Positions 22,466 to 35,262 of a stretch of 64,000 nucleotides of DNA are shown here, piece after piece. Position numbers and translations under genes: made by a program. The notes under the pieces are model-generated. The model was not told the DNA's origin. It ran no database searches and saw only the letters and a list, made by a program, of their open reading frames with translations. How positions within the stretch are numbered: the first letter of the stretch is position 1; each line of letters begins with the position of its first letter. The stretch is from Mobula hypostoma (taxonomy: Eukaryota). The stretch is from the NCBI RefSeq assembly GCF_963921235.1, contig NC_086108.1, forward strand, positions 91,824,001-91,888,000, in the 5' to 3' direction.

Positions 22466-25400
22466 TAGCATATAGAACATAGAATAGTACAGCACAAAAC
22501 AGGCCCTTCGGCCCACAATGTTGTGCTGAACCCTAAACCCTGCCTCCCATATAACCCCCCACCTTAAGTTCCTCCATATACCTGTCTAGTAGCGTCTCAA
22601 ATTTTACTAGCGTATCTGCCTCCACCACTGACTCAGGCAGTGCAGTCCACGCACCAACCACTCTCTGAGTAAAAAACCTTCTTCTAATATCCCCCCTGAA
22701 CTTCCCACCCCCCTACCTTAAAGCCACGTCCTCTTGTATTGAGCAGTGGTGCCCAGGGAAAGAAGCGCTGGCTGTCCACTCTATCTATTCCTCTTAATAT
22801 CTTGTACACCTCTATCATGTCTCCTCTCATCCTTCTCCTCTCCAAAGAGTAAAGCCCCAGCTCCCTTAATCTCTGATCATAATGCATACTCTCTAAACCA
22901 GGCAGCATCCTGGTAAATCTCCTCTGTACCCTTTCCAATGCTTCCACATTCTTCCTGCAGTGAAACAACCAGAACTGGATACAGTACTCCAAGTGTGGCC
23001 TAACCAGTGTTTTATAGAGCTGCATCATTACCTCACGATTCTTAAACTCTACCCCTCGACTTATAAAAGCTAACACCTCATAAACTTTCTTAACTACCCT
23101 ACCTACCTGTGAGGCAACTTTCAGGGATCTGTGGATGTGTACCCCCAGATCCCTCTGCTCCTCCACGCTACCAAGAATCCTGCCATTTACTTTGTACTCT
23201 GCCTTGGAGTTTGTCCTTCCAAAGTGTACCACCTCTCACTTCTCCGGGTTGAACTCCATCTGCCACTTCTCAGCCCACTTCCGCATCCTATCAATGTCTC
23301 TCTGCAATCTTCGACAATCCTCTACACTATCCATAACACCACCAACCCTTGTGTCATCTGCAAACTTGCCTACCCACCCTTCTACCCCTACATCCAGTTC
23401 GTTAATAAAAATCACGAAAAGTAGAGGTCTCAGAACCAATCCTTTTGGGACACCACTAGTCACAACCCTCCAATCTAAATGTACTCCCTCCACCATGACC
23501 CTCTGCTTTCTGCAGGCAAGCCAATTCTGAATCCACCTGGCCAAACTTCCCTGGATTCCATGCCTTCTGACTTTCTGAATAAGCCTACCGTATGGAACCT
23601 TGTGGTAATGCCTTACTAAAATCCATGTAGATCACACCCACTGCACTACCCTCATCTATATGCCTGGTCACCTCCTTAAAGAACTCTATCAGGCTTGTTA
23701 GATGCAATCTGCCCTTCACAAAGCCATGCTGACTGTTCCTGATCAAACCATGATTCTCTGAATGCCCATAGATCCTAACTCTAAGAATCTTTTCCAACAG
23801 CTTTCCCACCACAGACATAAGGCTCACTGGTCTATAATTACCCGGACTATCCCTGCTACCTTTTTTGAGCAAGGGGACAATATTCGCCTCCCTCCAATCC
23901 TCCGGTACCATTCCCGTGGACAACAAGGACATAAAGAACCTAACCAGAGACTCAGCAACCTCTTCCCTCACCTTGTGGAGCAGCCTGGGGAATATTCTGT
24001 CAGGCTCTGGGGACTTATCCGTTCTAATGTATTTTAACAACTCCAACACCTCCGCTCCCTTAATATCAACATGCTCCAGAACATCAACCTCACTCATATT
24101 GTCCTCACCATCATCAAGTTCCCTCTCATTGGTGAATACGAAAATAAGTATTCACTGAGGACCTCGCTCACTTCCACAGTCTCCAGGCACATCTCCCCAC
24201 CTTTATCTCTAATCAGTCCTACCTTCACTCCTGTCATCCTTTTGTTCTTCAAATAATTGAAGAATGCCTTGGGGGTTTCCTTTACCCTACTCGCCAAGGT
24301 CTTCTCATGCCCCCTTCTTGCTCTTCTCAGCCCCTTCTTAAGCTCCTTTCTTGCTATCCTATATTCCTCAATAGACCCATCTGATCCTTGATTCCTAAAC
24401 CTCATGTATGCTGCCTTATTCCACCTGTCTAGATTTTCCACCTCACTTGTCACCCATGATTCCTTCACCCTTCCATTCCTTATCTTCCTCACCAGGACAA
24501 ATTTATCCTTAACATCCTGCAAGAGATCCCTAAACATCGACCACATGTCCTTAGTATATTTCCCTGCAAATACATCATCCCAATTCACATCCGCAAGTTC
24601 GAGCCTTGCAGCCTCAGAATTTGCCCTTCCCCAATTAAAAATTTTCCTGTCCTCTCTGATTCTATCCTTTTCCATGATAATGCTAAAGGCCAGGAAGCGG
24701 TGGTCACTGTCCTCCAGATGCTCACCCACTGAGAGATCTGTGACCTGACCCAGTTCATTACCTAATGCTAGATCTAGAATGGCATTCCCCCTAGTCGGTC
24801 TGTCAACGTACTCTGACAGGAATCTGTCCTGGACACACTTAACAAAATCTGCCCCATCTAAACCATTGGAACTGATCAGGGGTGCCATCAATATTAGGGC
24901 AGTTAAAGTCACCCATGATAACAACCCTGTTAATTTTGCACCTTTCCAGAATCTGCCTCCCAATCTGTTTCTTGGTATCTCTGCTGCTACCAGGGGGCCT
25001 ATAGAATACTCCCAATAGCGTAACTGCTCCCTTCCTGTTCCTGACTTCTACCCATACTGACTCAAAAGAGGATCCTGCTACATTACACACCTTTTCTGTA
25101 GTTGTAATAGTATCCCTGACCAGTAATGTCACCCCTCCTCCCCTCTTCCCCCCTCCCCCAATCCCTTTTAAAGCTCTGAAATCCAGGAATATTGAGAATC
25201 CTTTCCTGCCCTGGTGCCAGCCAAGTCTCTGTAATGGCCACTGCATCATAACTCCATGTATGTATCCAAGCTCTCAGTTCTTCACCTTTGTTCCTGATGC
25301 TTCTTGCATTGAAGTACACGCACTTTAGCAATTCTACCTTATTACCTTTACACCCTTTATTCTGCTTCGCTTTTCTCAAACCCTCTTTATATGTTAGATC

Positions 25401-26757
25401 TGGCTTTACTCTATGCACTATACTTGCAGTTCTTGCATGACCTTTATCCTCCTCCACCTCACTATCTGCTCTAACACTCTGGTTCCCCTCCCCCTGCAAA
25501 TCTAGTTTAAACCCCCCAGAGCAGCACTAGCAAACCTTTCCGAAAGGATGTTAGTCTCCCTGCAGTTCAAGTGTAAACCGTCCCGTCGGAACAGGTCCCA
25601 CCATCCCTGGAACAAGACCCAGTTTTCCAGAAACATGAAGCCCTCCCTCCTGCACCAACTCCTTAGCCACGTATTTAGCTGCATTATCTTCCTATTTCTA
25701 GCCTCACTAGCACATGGCACGGCTAGAAATCCTGAGATTGCAACCCTGGAGGTCCTGTCTTTCAACTTTGCACCTAACTCCCTAAACTCTCTTTGCAGGA
25801 CCTCCTCCTTCTTCCTATCCATGCCATTGGTCCCTACATGGACCACAACATCTGGCTGCTCACCCTCACTGTTGAGAATACTGAGAACTCGATCCGAGAT
25901 ATCACAGACCCTGGCATCAGGGAGGCAACAGACCATCTGGGACTCTCGATCTCTCCCACAGAACCTCTTATCTGTCCCCCATATATCGAATCCCCTATCA
26001 CTACTGCTCTCCTCTTTTCCCTCCTTCCCTTCTGAGCTGAGGGCCTCATCTCGGTGCCAGAGACGCAACCACTGCAACTTGTCCCTGGTAGGTCATCCCC
26101 ACAAACAATATCTAAAATGGTATACTTCTTGTTGATGGGAACAGCCACAGGGGTGTTCTGCTCTTTCTGTCTATTCCCCTTCCCTCTCCTGACAGTCACC
26201 CAGCTACCTGCCTCCTGACTTTTAGGGGTGACTATCTCCCTGAAACTCCTGTCTATTTCTGCCTCTGCCTCAGGAATGATCTGAAGTTCATCCAGCTCCA
26301 GCTCTAGTTCCCTAACTCAGTTTGTCAGGAGCTGCAGCTGAATGCACCTTTTACAGATGTAGTCATCAGGGACAATTGTGTTCGCCCTGACTTCCCACCT
26401 ACTGCAAACTGAGCACTCGACTGACCTAACTGCTGCCTCCATTACCTACTTCTAAGTTAGTTAGATTAATTAAAGGAGCTTACCCGGCCTTACCTCACTG
26501 GGAGCAAGCTCGTCCTCAGCCTCTGCTTGCCGAAGCCTCTCGAGCCAAAGCCTTCCTACTCTGTCTCCCAGTACTCCGTCGCCTGCTCCGTTAATCTGCT
26601 CACTTTTTAAACTCTCCCACTGTTCTCACAGGCTGACCTTCACGCACTTGCACAGTCGCGCCCTGTTCAAACTACCAAAGAAATGACCTTCCCCTTACTC
26701 AATCTGCTCGCTTTTTAAACTCTCCCGCTGTTCTCACAGGCCGACCTTCACGCGCTT
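22466..26757 (-). mobile_element. Near full-length CR1 LINE (5'UTR, ORF1, ORF2, 3' tail), with stops and frameshifts
   Basis: ORF2 pieces at 22684-25499: CVYFNARSIRNK...AITETWL, GVFYRPP, MGDFN, TRGNAILDL...DSDH, NYRPVSL, SQHGFVKG, FADDT, RPHLEYC. (CTATGTT)-type tail. Confidence 0.95.
25502..26442 (-). pseudogene. CR1 ORF1 (N-terminal Cys finger plus SGNH esterase-like domain), frameshifted
   Basis: ATG at 26442: MEAAVRSVECSVC...YICKRC; then VVIGDSI, MVCCLPDARV, VVVHVGTN and DGLHLN. Confidence 0.85.
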
Positions 26758-27330
26758 TTGCCTACAGAACTGCCTTTCACTGAGTTTTGTGTTTTGTACT
26801 ATTCTCTGTAAATTCTAGAGACTGTTGTGTGTGAAAATCTCAGGTGATCATCAGTTTCTGCGATACTCAAACCACACTGTCTGGCACCAACAATCATTCC
26901 ATGGTCAAGTCACTTGGAACGTATTTCTTCTCCATTCAGATGTTTGGTTTGAACAACAGCTGAACTTCTTCATTATGTCTTAATGCATTGAGTTGCTGTC
27001 ACATCATTGGTTGATTAGATATTTGTATTAACCAGTAGATGCACCAGATAAAGTGGCCACTATGTGTGTATGCCCTGTCTAATTAGAAAATCCGATAAAC
27101 CTATTGTAGATGCTTTAGCAGCTCACCATATTTCTTTGTGTTTCTCTATATACTCTGCATTGTTACGTTTGAGGTAATGAATGCAGACACAGAAAATTGA
27201 CAATGAGGTTACAAAATATAAACTTTAAGTTTATCAGGGAATGTGTGTGATCTATTTGAGGGATAAGTGTCAATCCCCATGACCACTTTGAACTCATGAA
27301 CAGATTAGTTGTTTCAAATTTGACCTAATT

Positions 27331-27408
27331 CAGTGATTCCCAACCTTTATATACCATGGACCCCTACCATTAACCATGGGGTCCATGGACCCCCAGTTGG
27401 GAACCCCG
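27331..27408. mobile_element. 78-bp hAT-type MITE
   Basis: TIRs CAGTGATTCCCAAC and GTTGGGAACCCCG; 8-bp TSD ACCTAATT/ACCTAGTT. Second copy at 49140-49232. Confidence 0.8.
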
Positions 27409-28139
27409 ACCTAGTTTAAGTTCATAGAAGACAGTGCATTATGGAAAAATAATGTTAATAGAAAGGACTTAGCCAGCTCCATCAAGGGCACTAGCCTCCA
27501 AAACATTGAAGATATCTTCAAACGATGATGACTCAGAAAGGCAACATCCATCATTGAAGACCTGTATCATTCCGGACATGCCCTCTTCTGATTGCTACCA
27601 TCCAGAAGGAGATTCCGGAGCCTGAAGACACACATTCAACATTTTAGGAACTGCTTCTTCTCCTCCATCATCAGATTTATAAATGGTCAATAAACACATG
27701 TACACGACTTCACTACTTTTTTTTTGCTGTCCTTTTGCACTACCTGTTATGTTTTGTAAACTCCAAAACAAAAAACTAATTGAACGGAGTCCAACATAAG
27801 AGTCTAACTTTGTTTTATACTTTGAGAGAGATGTGCATGATAGCATACTAAATGCCATTTATGTATTTTTATATACAATCTGCAATGCATTATCTAAACA
27901 AACAAGAATTTTTAATCGAACTACATATATATACACACACACACACTCAGTATATCTTAGTTGGATATCTGCAGGCTTCGGTTCAGTATCTTTGAAATGC
28001 CATTCAAATTCATTCACAGCATTGTAAATGTTTTATATTTTCCCATTCAGACCTAAAGGTTTAATTGCTGTGGAGGCTTTCTTATCTGGTGGGATAATGT
28101 ATTTTCTGACAAGCGGGATCACTCTGTTTGGCAGGTGAG

Positions 28140-28376
28140 GAGGAGGGGAGGGAACGTCAACTCAGACCATGAGAGGCCTACGTTGGGCATTTTCATGCCT
28201 TACAAGGCGCAGATTGGAAGTCTATGTGAGGCTCCACTCCTCGCACAGTGTAGAGCAATGTGTGATTAAGTGCCTTGCTCAAGGGCACAAACACGCTGCC
28301 ACAGCTGAGGCTCAAACTAGCGATCTTGAGGTAACTAGACGAATGCCTTAACCACTTGGCCACGTGCCCAACACAC
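28140..28376 (-). mobile_element. tRNA-derived SINE
   Basis: Head TGGCCAAGTGG, core CCTTGAGCAAGGCACTTAA; 12-bp TSD TTGGCAGGTGAG at 28128-28139 and 28377-28388. Confidence 0.85.
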
Positions 28377-28479
28377 TTGGCAGGTGAGACTTGTGGCTAT
28401 AAAACAATCTGAGGTTCTGGTGGTTGTTTAAGTTGACTCTGAGACCGCAGGAAGTGGCTCTGACAGCTCTGGACACCTT

Positions 28480-29212
28480 TCTTCTCCTTTTCTTGGCTTT
28501 TCTCTCTGGATCTATTTCAATGCTTGCTTCTCACCTGGTCCTGGCTTTTTTCTCTCTCTTTATCCTGCTCTTTTTTTTCTCAAGTTTCTTCTCTCTTTCA
28601 TGCCTTTCTCTTTATCACTCATGTTCCTTCACTCTGTCTCTTCGCTTCTTTTTGACTTCTTGATTTTGTTTATCCCGCCTTCCTTTTTATTCTTCTTGCT
28701 AAATTCTGGAGAAATTCGGTCTTGTTTATCCTCTTCCATTTCCATAGCATTTATGTCATCCTTGTCCTTCTTTTCCTGCTTCTTCTTTCTACGATGTGCA
28801 TCTTGATTTTGTGTATTTAGTTCTCACTGGAGTATTCTCTTATTAATCCTTCTATTGTTCCCTTTTCTATCTGATCAATCCTCTTGGTTTCTGCATCCAC
28901 AACACCATCTAATGAATACTCTGTTTTCGTATCTCCATTGACTCCTTTCTCTTTAGCCTTCCATTCATCCCGTAGGGCTATGACCTTTGCATTTACTTTT
29001 ACATGCAGCTTTTTGTTTCCTACTTGAAGTTCAGGCAATAACCAAAATGCACATAGAGTAGATTCTGGTACTTTATACTCACGACAGCTGAATGCTTGCA
29101 ACTTTCCTAAAGGTCCTTGAACTCTCTTCTAGCTTAATACCAAGCCACATTTCGCAAGTAACTGCCTGATTAACATATCAGAAGCTCTTTCAGATATGTT
29201 ACCTACAAAAAC
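28480..29212 (-). pseudogene. RBM25: Intronless RBM25 fragment (RRM plus RE/RD-rich region), decayed retrocopy
   Basis: Translates as VFVGNISERASDMLIRQLLAKCGLVLS*KRVQGPLGKLQAFSCREYKVPESTLCAFWLLPELQVGNKKLHVKVNAK...DEWKAK...IEGLIREYSSE, then after a frameshift KKKQEKKDKDDINAMEMEEDK...RSREKS. This matches vertebrate RBM25 as I recall it. Confidence 0.9.
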
Positions 29213-30379
29213 CTTTGCACCACATGCAAGCCCAAAGTGGCTTGTTGGTTGTTGTATTTCCCTATTATGAATGTTATTCCCACAGGAGTTATCTTTCCTC
29301 CTGTATAATTTCTTAGTTGGATATCTACATTATCTTTGAAATGCTGATCAAACTTCTTTTGTGGAATAACAGAAACAGCCGAATCAGAGACCAATTTCAT
29401 TTTAATTAATTGGCAGTTAACTTCTGGCGTAAGCCATATTGCTTGCCTATTGTTAATTTTCATCTTATAAATCTTAATGTTACCCACTACTACGTCACTC
29501 TCAAATTTATCAAATTTTCCATCAAAAGCATGCAGATTAGTGCTCTTTTTGAAACTACAAATTGACTTTTTAGCTTCTTCTCTTCCCTGTGTAGTCCATT
29601 TATTTTTGTCAGCCTGACATGCTCTTTGTATGCCTCCTACTTTCTTACATTTTCTGCAAGTTTCACCTTTAAACTTGCATTGTTCTAATGTATGTGAGCC
29701 CCTGCTACAATGGTAAAACAATTTGTTCAGGCAGGTTGGTTTCTGCTTTGAAGTTGCAATTTTGTTCATGCTCACTTTCATTGCTGACTGCAACTCAACC
29801 ATTTCTGTCTGTTTCCATTGATACAGCTATTTCAACTGCTCTTTTAAATGTAAGCTGTGCTTCAGTTAGGAGCCATTTTTGAATGTCCACAAACTAATTG
29901 CATCATTAAGCCCATTATGGAACTAAGAATGCTCAAGTAACTTCTTCAATTCAGCCATGTATGGTAAAGTGGGCTCCCTTTTCTTTTGATTACACTTATG
30001 AAACCTAAAGTGTTCTGCAATCAATAGTGGTTGTGGTTCTAAATATTTCTGCATTACTTTCATGATATCAGCAAATATCATTTCAGCTGGTTTGTTGGAG
30101 CAGTTAAACTTCAGAGCAAACTGTATGCCTTTAAATCTAATGTACTCTGTAAAATTGGTACTTGTTTCTCATTGGCTATTTCATTTGCTTTAAAATACTG
30201 CTCAATTCACTCGGTAATATATGAGCCAGTTATTCGTTGTGTAATGGAATGTGTCTACCTTTCCGATGTAGCAAACAATTTTCTAAAAAGCAGAAATGAT
30301 TTATGGTTATTATCACCTGATATTCACTGTTTGTGAACCCATGAGTTTGTCTGTTTTCCTTCTTTTTAAAAAATTCTGA

Positions 30380-30970
30380 CATAGAAACATAGAAAACCTA
30401 AAGCATAATACAGGCCCTTTGGCCCACGAAGTTGTGCCGAACATGTCCCTAACTTAGAAATTACCAGGCTTACCTATAGCCCTCTATTTTTCTAAGCTCC
30501 ATTTACCTATCCAAAAGTCTCGTAAAAGACCCTATTGTATTCGCATCCACCACCATTGCCGGCAGCCCATCTATGCACTCACCACTCTCTGAGTAAAAAA
30601 CTTACCCCTGATATCTCCTCTGTACCTACTCCCCAGCACCTTAAACCTGTATCCTCTTGTGGCAAACATTTAGGCCCTGGGAAAATGCCTCTGACTATCC
30701 ACATGATCAATGCCTCTCAACATCTTATACACCTCTATCAGGTCACCGCTCATGCTCCACGGAGAAAAGGCCGAGTTCACTCAACCTGTTTTAATAAGGC
30801 ATGCTCCCCAATCCAGGCAACATCCTTATAAATCTCTTCTGCACCCTTTCTATGGCTTCCACATCCTTCCTGCAGTGGGGCTACCAGAACTGAGCACAGT
30901 ACTCCAAGTGGGGTCTGACCAGGGTCCTATATAGCTGCAACATTACCTCTTGGTTCCTAAATTCAATAGA
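30380..30970 (-). mobile_element. CR1 LINE 3' fragment
   Basis: (CATAGAAA)n tail at 30380 and reverse-complement ORF2 C-terminus. Confidence 0.85.
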
Positions 30971-32106
30971 CAATAGACAATTTTAAATTCTTCTCTAGAA
31001 GCCAGTTTAAATGCCCTGTTCTGAAGGATCGAAATGTGTCCATTGTCCATCAATTCTCTGGGTATGTACATCCCATTAGTGAACCAATCATAAACTGAAA
31101 TCAGTCTTGATGTAAAGTCCCCTGTCCTCTCCTATGATATTCATTCTTCTTCAGCCCTTTACCTCTTCCACCTATCAGCTTTTCACTTCATTCTCCCCTC
31201 CTTTATCCATCCATCTTCCCTCTCACCCGGCTTCACATATCACTTACCATCCTGTCCCATCACTTCCCCTCTCCCCACACACAGTACTTATTCTGGATTT
31301 TTCCCCCTTTCTTTCCAGCCCTGATGAAGAGACCAGGTGGAAAATATCAGCTGTTTATTCCTCTCCATAAATGCTGCCCAACATACTGAGTTCCTACAGC
31401 ATTTTGTGTTTGTTGATGCAGGGGTCTGAAACATTTCCTGCCACAGATTCTACTCAACCCACTGTGTTCTTCCAGCAGATTGTCTGCTGCACCAAGTGAA
31501 ATGTAGTGAATCGTCTTTGATGTGCAAATGCGTTTGTCTCTAGCTTTCTTCCAGTTGCTTTACTATGCCTGTCTTGCACAATTCTTATAAATACAGCCCC
31601 ACTCACCTTCTAACCTGATCCTTAACTAAGATTTCTCCCTTTTGGGCTCTCAATAATCTGCTCCATATTTTTACTATAGAACATACCTGTCCTTGGCACT
31701 ACTGAGTCCAGCTTGTTTATGAGCTTCAACTGGAAGCCAAGTTTTAAAACTTTTTAAATTAAAAAAAAACTTTTATTGTTGGCTTGTAACCTGATTTCTT
31801 GTAATATAGTATCTAAAATTTCACAGCTTTCAGGTTGTACATAGAACACATTTTTATGTCACATAACAAAGTGGAAATTGATGGTGATGTTAAGAATGCA
31901 CAAAGAAAGGAGTAAGGAAATCTATTCTTCTAACAGAAATGGCTTCTGAAAGGTAGAACGCATTAGCAAATCTTTTAACAGCACTGATAGCTAAATGGAC
32001 TTTATTTGACAAAACAGAAGAGCAGTCACAGGATTTCATAAATCCTAAACAATCAGAAAGTCAGAAGACTGAAAAATTTGGGACTTGAGATCTGAAATCA
32101 GGCAAG

Positions 32107-32202
32107 CCTGACGAAGGGTCTCGGCCTGAAACGTCGACTGTACCTCTTCCTAGAGATGCTGCCTGGCCTGCTGCGTTCACCAGCAACTTTGATGTGTGTT
32201 GC
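32107..32202 (+). mobile_element. Short Penelope-derived element starting at the hammerhead core
   Basis: CTGACGAAGGGTCTCGGCCTGAAACGTCGACTG followed by the pseudo-LTR 3' segment seen at 12118-12212. Confidence 0.85.
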
Positions 32203-33215
32203 AGGCCTGGTATTGTCTCCTTCAAGGGCCTGCCTCAGAACTGGAAGTGTGGAGCATTAGACAGCACATTTCTGTGTGATAAGTTTGATTTTTTAAAATC
32301 AACAAGTACTTGAGGTTGCCCCCCAAAATTCCAAGGTCTAAAGTGAAGGCATCAGCGCATGCTGAAGAATTCTGTTCAAGAGAAAAGTTAATGGCCATGT
32401 AGCACTTCCGTCCATGTGGTGAAGTGTTTTGTGAGGCTGGTAAAGAAAGATATCAACTCCTGCCTGAGAAGTGACATGGATGCCCTCTCATTTGCCTACC
32501 GTCATAACAGGTCAACAGCAAATGCCATTTCATTGTCTGCTCATCCAATCCTGAAACATCTGGACAATGAAGATGCATACACCAGGATGCTCTTCATTGA
32601 CTACAGCTCAGGACTCAATACTAGAATCCTCTCAAAAATAATCAATTAGCTTCAAGTCCTAGACCTCAATACCTCCTTGTGCATCTATGTCCTCAATTTC
32701 CTCACTTGCAGACATCAATCTGTTCAGTTTTGACAACTTAACCTCTGCAATCACCATCAGCACAGGTGCACCACAAGGTTGTGTGCCTAGCCTTCTGTTC
32801 TACCCGCTTTATACTTAATACTGTAAAGCTAAGCAGAGCTCCGTTGCTGTATTTAAGTTCGCGGTTGACCCCACTGTCGTAAACCGAATCAAAAGTGGCG
32901 ATGAATCAGCATATAGCAGGGAGATTGAAAATCTGGCTGATGAGTGGTGCGACAACAACCTTTTACTCAATCTCAGCAGAACCAAGGAGTTGATTATTGG
33001 CTTCAGGAGGAGGAAACCAGAGGTCCATGGGGATTGAGGTAGAGAGGGGCAGCAACTTTAAATTCTTCAGTGTTCTAATTTCAGAGGATCTGACCTGGAT
33101 CTGGCATGTGAGTGCCATTACAAAGAAAGCACAGCTGCACCTCTACTTTCTTAAAAGTTTGCTAAAATTTAGCATGTCATCCTGAACTTTGACAAAATGC
33201 AATAGGTCATGCCAT

Positions 33216-33345
33216 CGACAGGAATTCTGCAGATGCTGAAACTTCAGGCAACACACATTAAAGTTGCCGGTGAACGCAGCAGGCTGGGCAGCATCTCTAG
33301 GAAGAGGTACAGTCGACGTTTCAGGCCGAGACCCTTTGTCAGGAC
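33216..33345 (-). mobile_element. Short Penelope-derived hammerhead element
   Basis: Perfect 12-bp TSD AGGTCATGCCAT at 33204-33215 and 33346-33357. Confidence 0.85.
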
Positions 33346-33404
33346 AGGTCATGCCATGCTCTCCTCCTGCTGCTGCCATCAGGAAGAAGGTATAGGAGAC
33401 TCAG

Positions 33405-33619
33405 AAACAAGAGAAAATCTTCAGATGCTGGAAATCCAAGCAACACACTCAAAATGCTGGAGGAAATTTGCAAGCCAGGCAGCAGCTATGTAAAAGAGGA
33501 AACAGTCGATGTTTCGGGCTGAGACCCTTCATCAGGACTTGGCCCGAAACAACAAATGTTTACTATTTTCCATAGCTGCTGTCTGGCCTGCTGAGTTCCT
33601 CCAGCATTTTGTGTGTGTA
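33405..33619. mobile_element. Inverted-repeat Penelope-derived mini-element
   Basis: Head-to-head arms; flanks AGGAGACTCAGAA/AGGAAACTCAGAA. Confidence 0.8.
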
Positions 33620-35262
33620 GGTAGGAAACTCAGAACCTGCACCATCAGGTTCAGGGACAGTTATTACCCCTCAACCATCAGACTGTTGAACCAAAGATGA
33701 TAACTTCACACCCCATCACTGAACAGCTCCCACAGAACTGTACTCATTTTAAATCTCATGTTCTCAATATTTATTGCTTATTTATTAGTACTATTATGTT
33801 ATACTATTATTATTATATTATAAACCAGGGTACTGTCTGATTTATAGAGTATGCATTATGATCAGAGATTAAGGGAGCTAGGGCTTTACTCTTTGGAGAG
33901 AAGGAGAATGAGAGGAGACATGATAGAGGTATACAAGATATTAAGAGGAATAGATAGAGTGGACGGCCTGCGCTTCTTCCCCAGAGCACCACTGCTCAAT
34001 ACAAGAGGACATGGCTTTAAGGTAAGGGGTGGGAAGTTCAAGGGGGATGTTAGAGGAAGGTTTTTTTACTCAGAGAGTGGTTGGTGCGTGGAATGCACTG
34101 CCTGAGTCAGTGGTGGAGGCAGATACACTAGTGAAATTTAAGAGACTACTAGACAGGTATATGGAGGAATCTAAGGTGGTGGGGGGTGAAATGGGAGGCA
34201 GGGTTTGAGGGTTAGCACAACATTGTGGGCCAAAGGGCCTGTACTATGCTGTACTGTTCTATTGTTTTGTTCTTACTTTTCGTATTTGCACAGTTTTTGT
34301 TGCTTTTTTTGTGCACATTGGTTGTTGTCCAACCAGATGGGTATTGTCTTGCACTGACTCTATCGTGTTTCTTGGATTTACAGTGATTGCCCACAAGAAA
34401 GTTAATCTCAGGGTTGTACATGGTGACATATATGTACTTTGATCATACATCTTGAACTTTGAACTTAGGCGCGATTTTGAAGCTTAGAGTCCAAATCAGA
34501 ATCTGAAGTGCATGGGATAGAGTGGGGTGTAATGCTCTTGGGGATACAATGGAAGTCATCCACCATCACCTTACTTACTTTAGGCGAATGTAGTGAAAGC
34601 TTTTTAAACACACTGGGTCTCTGCCAGGAACCAGCAGAGAAATTCCATCTATCCCATTCCCCCCTCCTTATTTCCTCAGACTCCTGCAATCAATTTTCTC
34701 TCACCTGCTCATCAACTTCCCCTTCTTTTGACATATGCCTAGAATTAGGACAATTTACCGTGGCCAATTTACCAACCAGCATATCTTCGGGACGTGGAAG
34801 AAAACTAGAGTTGCAAGGAGAACAAATGGGCATAAATGGAAAATTGAAGCTGGACTAGAAGGAAGTGTTCTTTCCGGTGGATCAGAATCACGTTCAGATA
34901 TGCAAATGGGAACTATGTAGAAATGTGTGATATGACCTGAGCTTCATAGATTATAATGCTCATATGTGTGTCAAATCTCGTTCAAAACTGTCGTACTTTA
35001 TATGTTCTATTTAAGTTGAAAAAATATGAGGAGAAGGAGTCGATAAGTTAGAACAAAATGTAGTCCAGTTCAGGGCAGCTCGTTAGTGTAGTAGTTAGTG
35101 CAATCACTTTACAGTGCCAGTGATCCGTGATCACGGTTCGACTCCCTCACTGTCTGTATGTTCTCCTCATGACTACATAGGATTCCTCTGGGTCCTCCAG
35201 TTTCCTCCCATATTCCAAAGACGTACCAGTTAGGGTTTAGTGAGCTGTAGCTGTATACTGAT

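Larger units (their letters stand above)
22258..27070. mobile_element. Non-autonomous Tc1-type DNA element split by the CR1 (22258-22463 and 26758-27070)
   Basis: Ends in ATAAAGTGGCCACTATGTGTGTA, a Tc1-like terminus; the two halves flank the CR1. A small reverse fragment lies at 45058-45130. Confidence 0.55.
27745..30330 (-). mobile_element. Non-autonomous Mag-like Gypsy element carrying an RBM25 fragment
   Basis: Gag IGKVDTF...IEQYFKANEIANEK near 30260; zinc knuckles (CSRGSH...C, CRKCKKVG...C) and protease-like KMKLVSDSAVSVI (29213-29802); integrase-tail-like HYPTRxRKPPQQLNL near 28050-28110; LTR-like end ...ACATAACA at 27745. Confidence 0.75.
32390..34465 (+). mobile_element. Decayed Rex1/Babar LINE (RT to 3' end) with nested inserts (two Penelope-derived; one CR1 at 33835-34260)
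   Basis: KCFVRLVK...FAYRHNRSTANAIS...RMLFIDYSS; STGAPQG near 32760; 3' tail ...CTTGAACTTTGAAC. Confidence 0.85.

Noticed and set aside
23131..26135. Plus-strand ORFs
   Set aside because: Antisense to CR1 ORF1/ORF2.
28480..29212. Functional RBM25 gene or exon
   Set aside because: In-frame stop and frameshifts, no splice sites at the ends, and embedded in Gypsy sequence.
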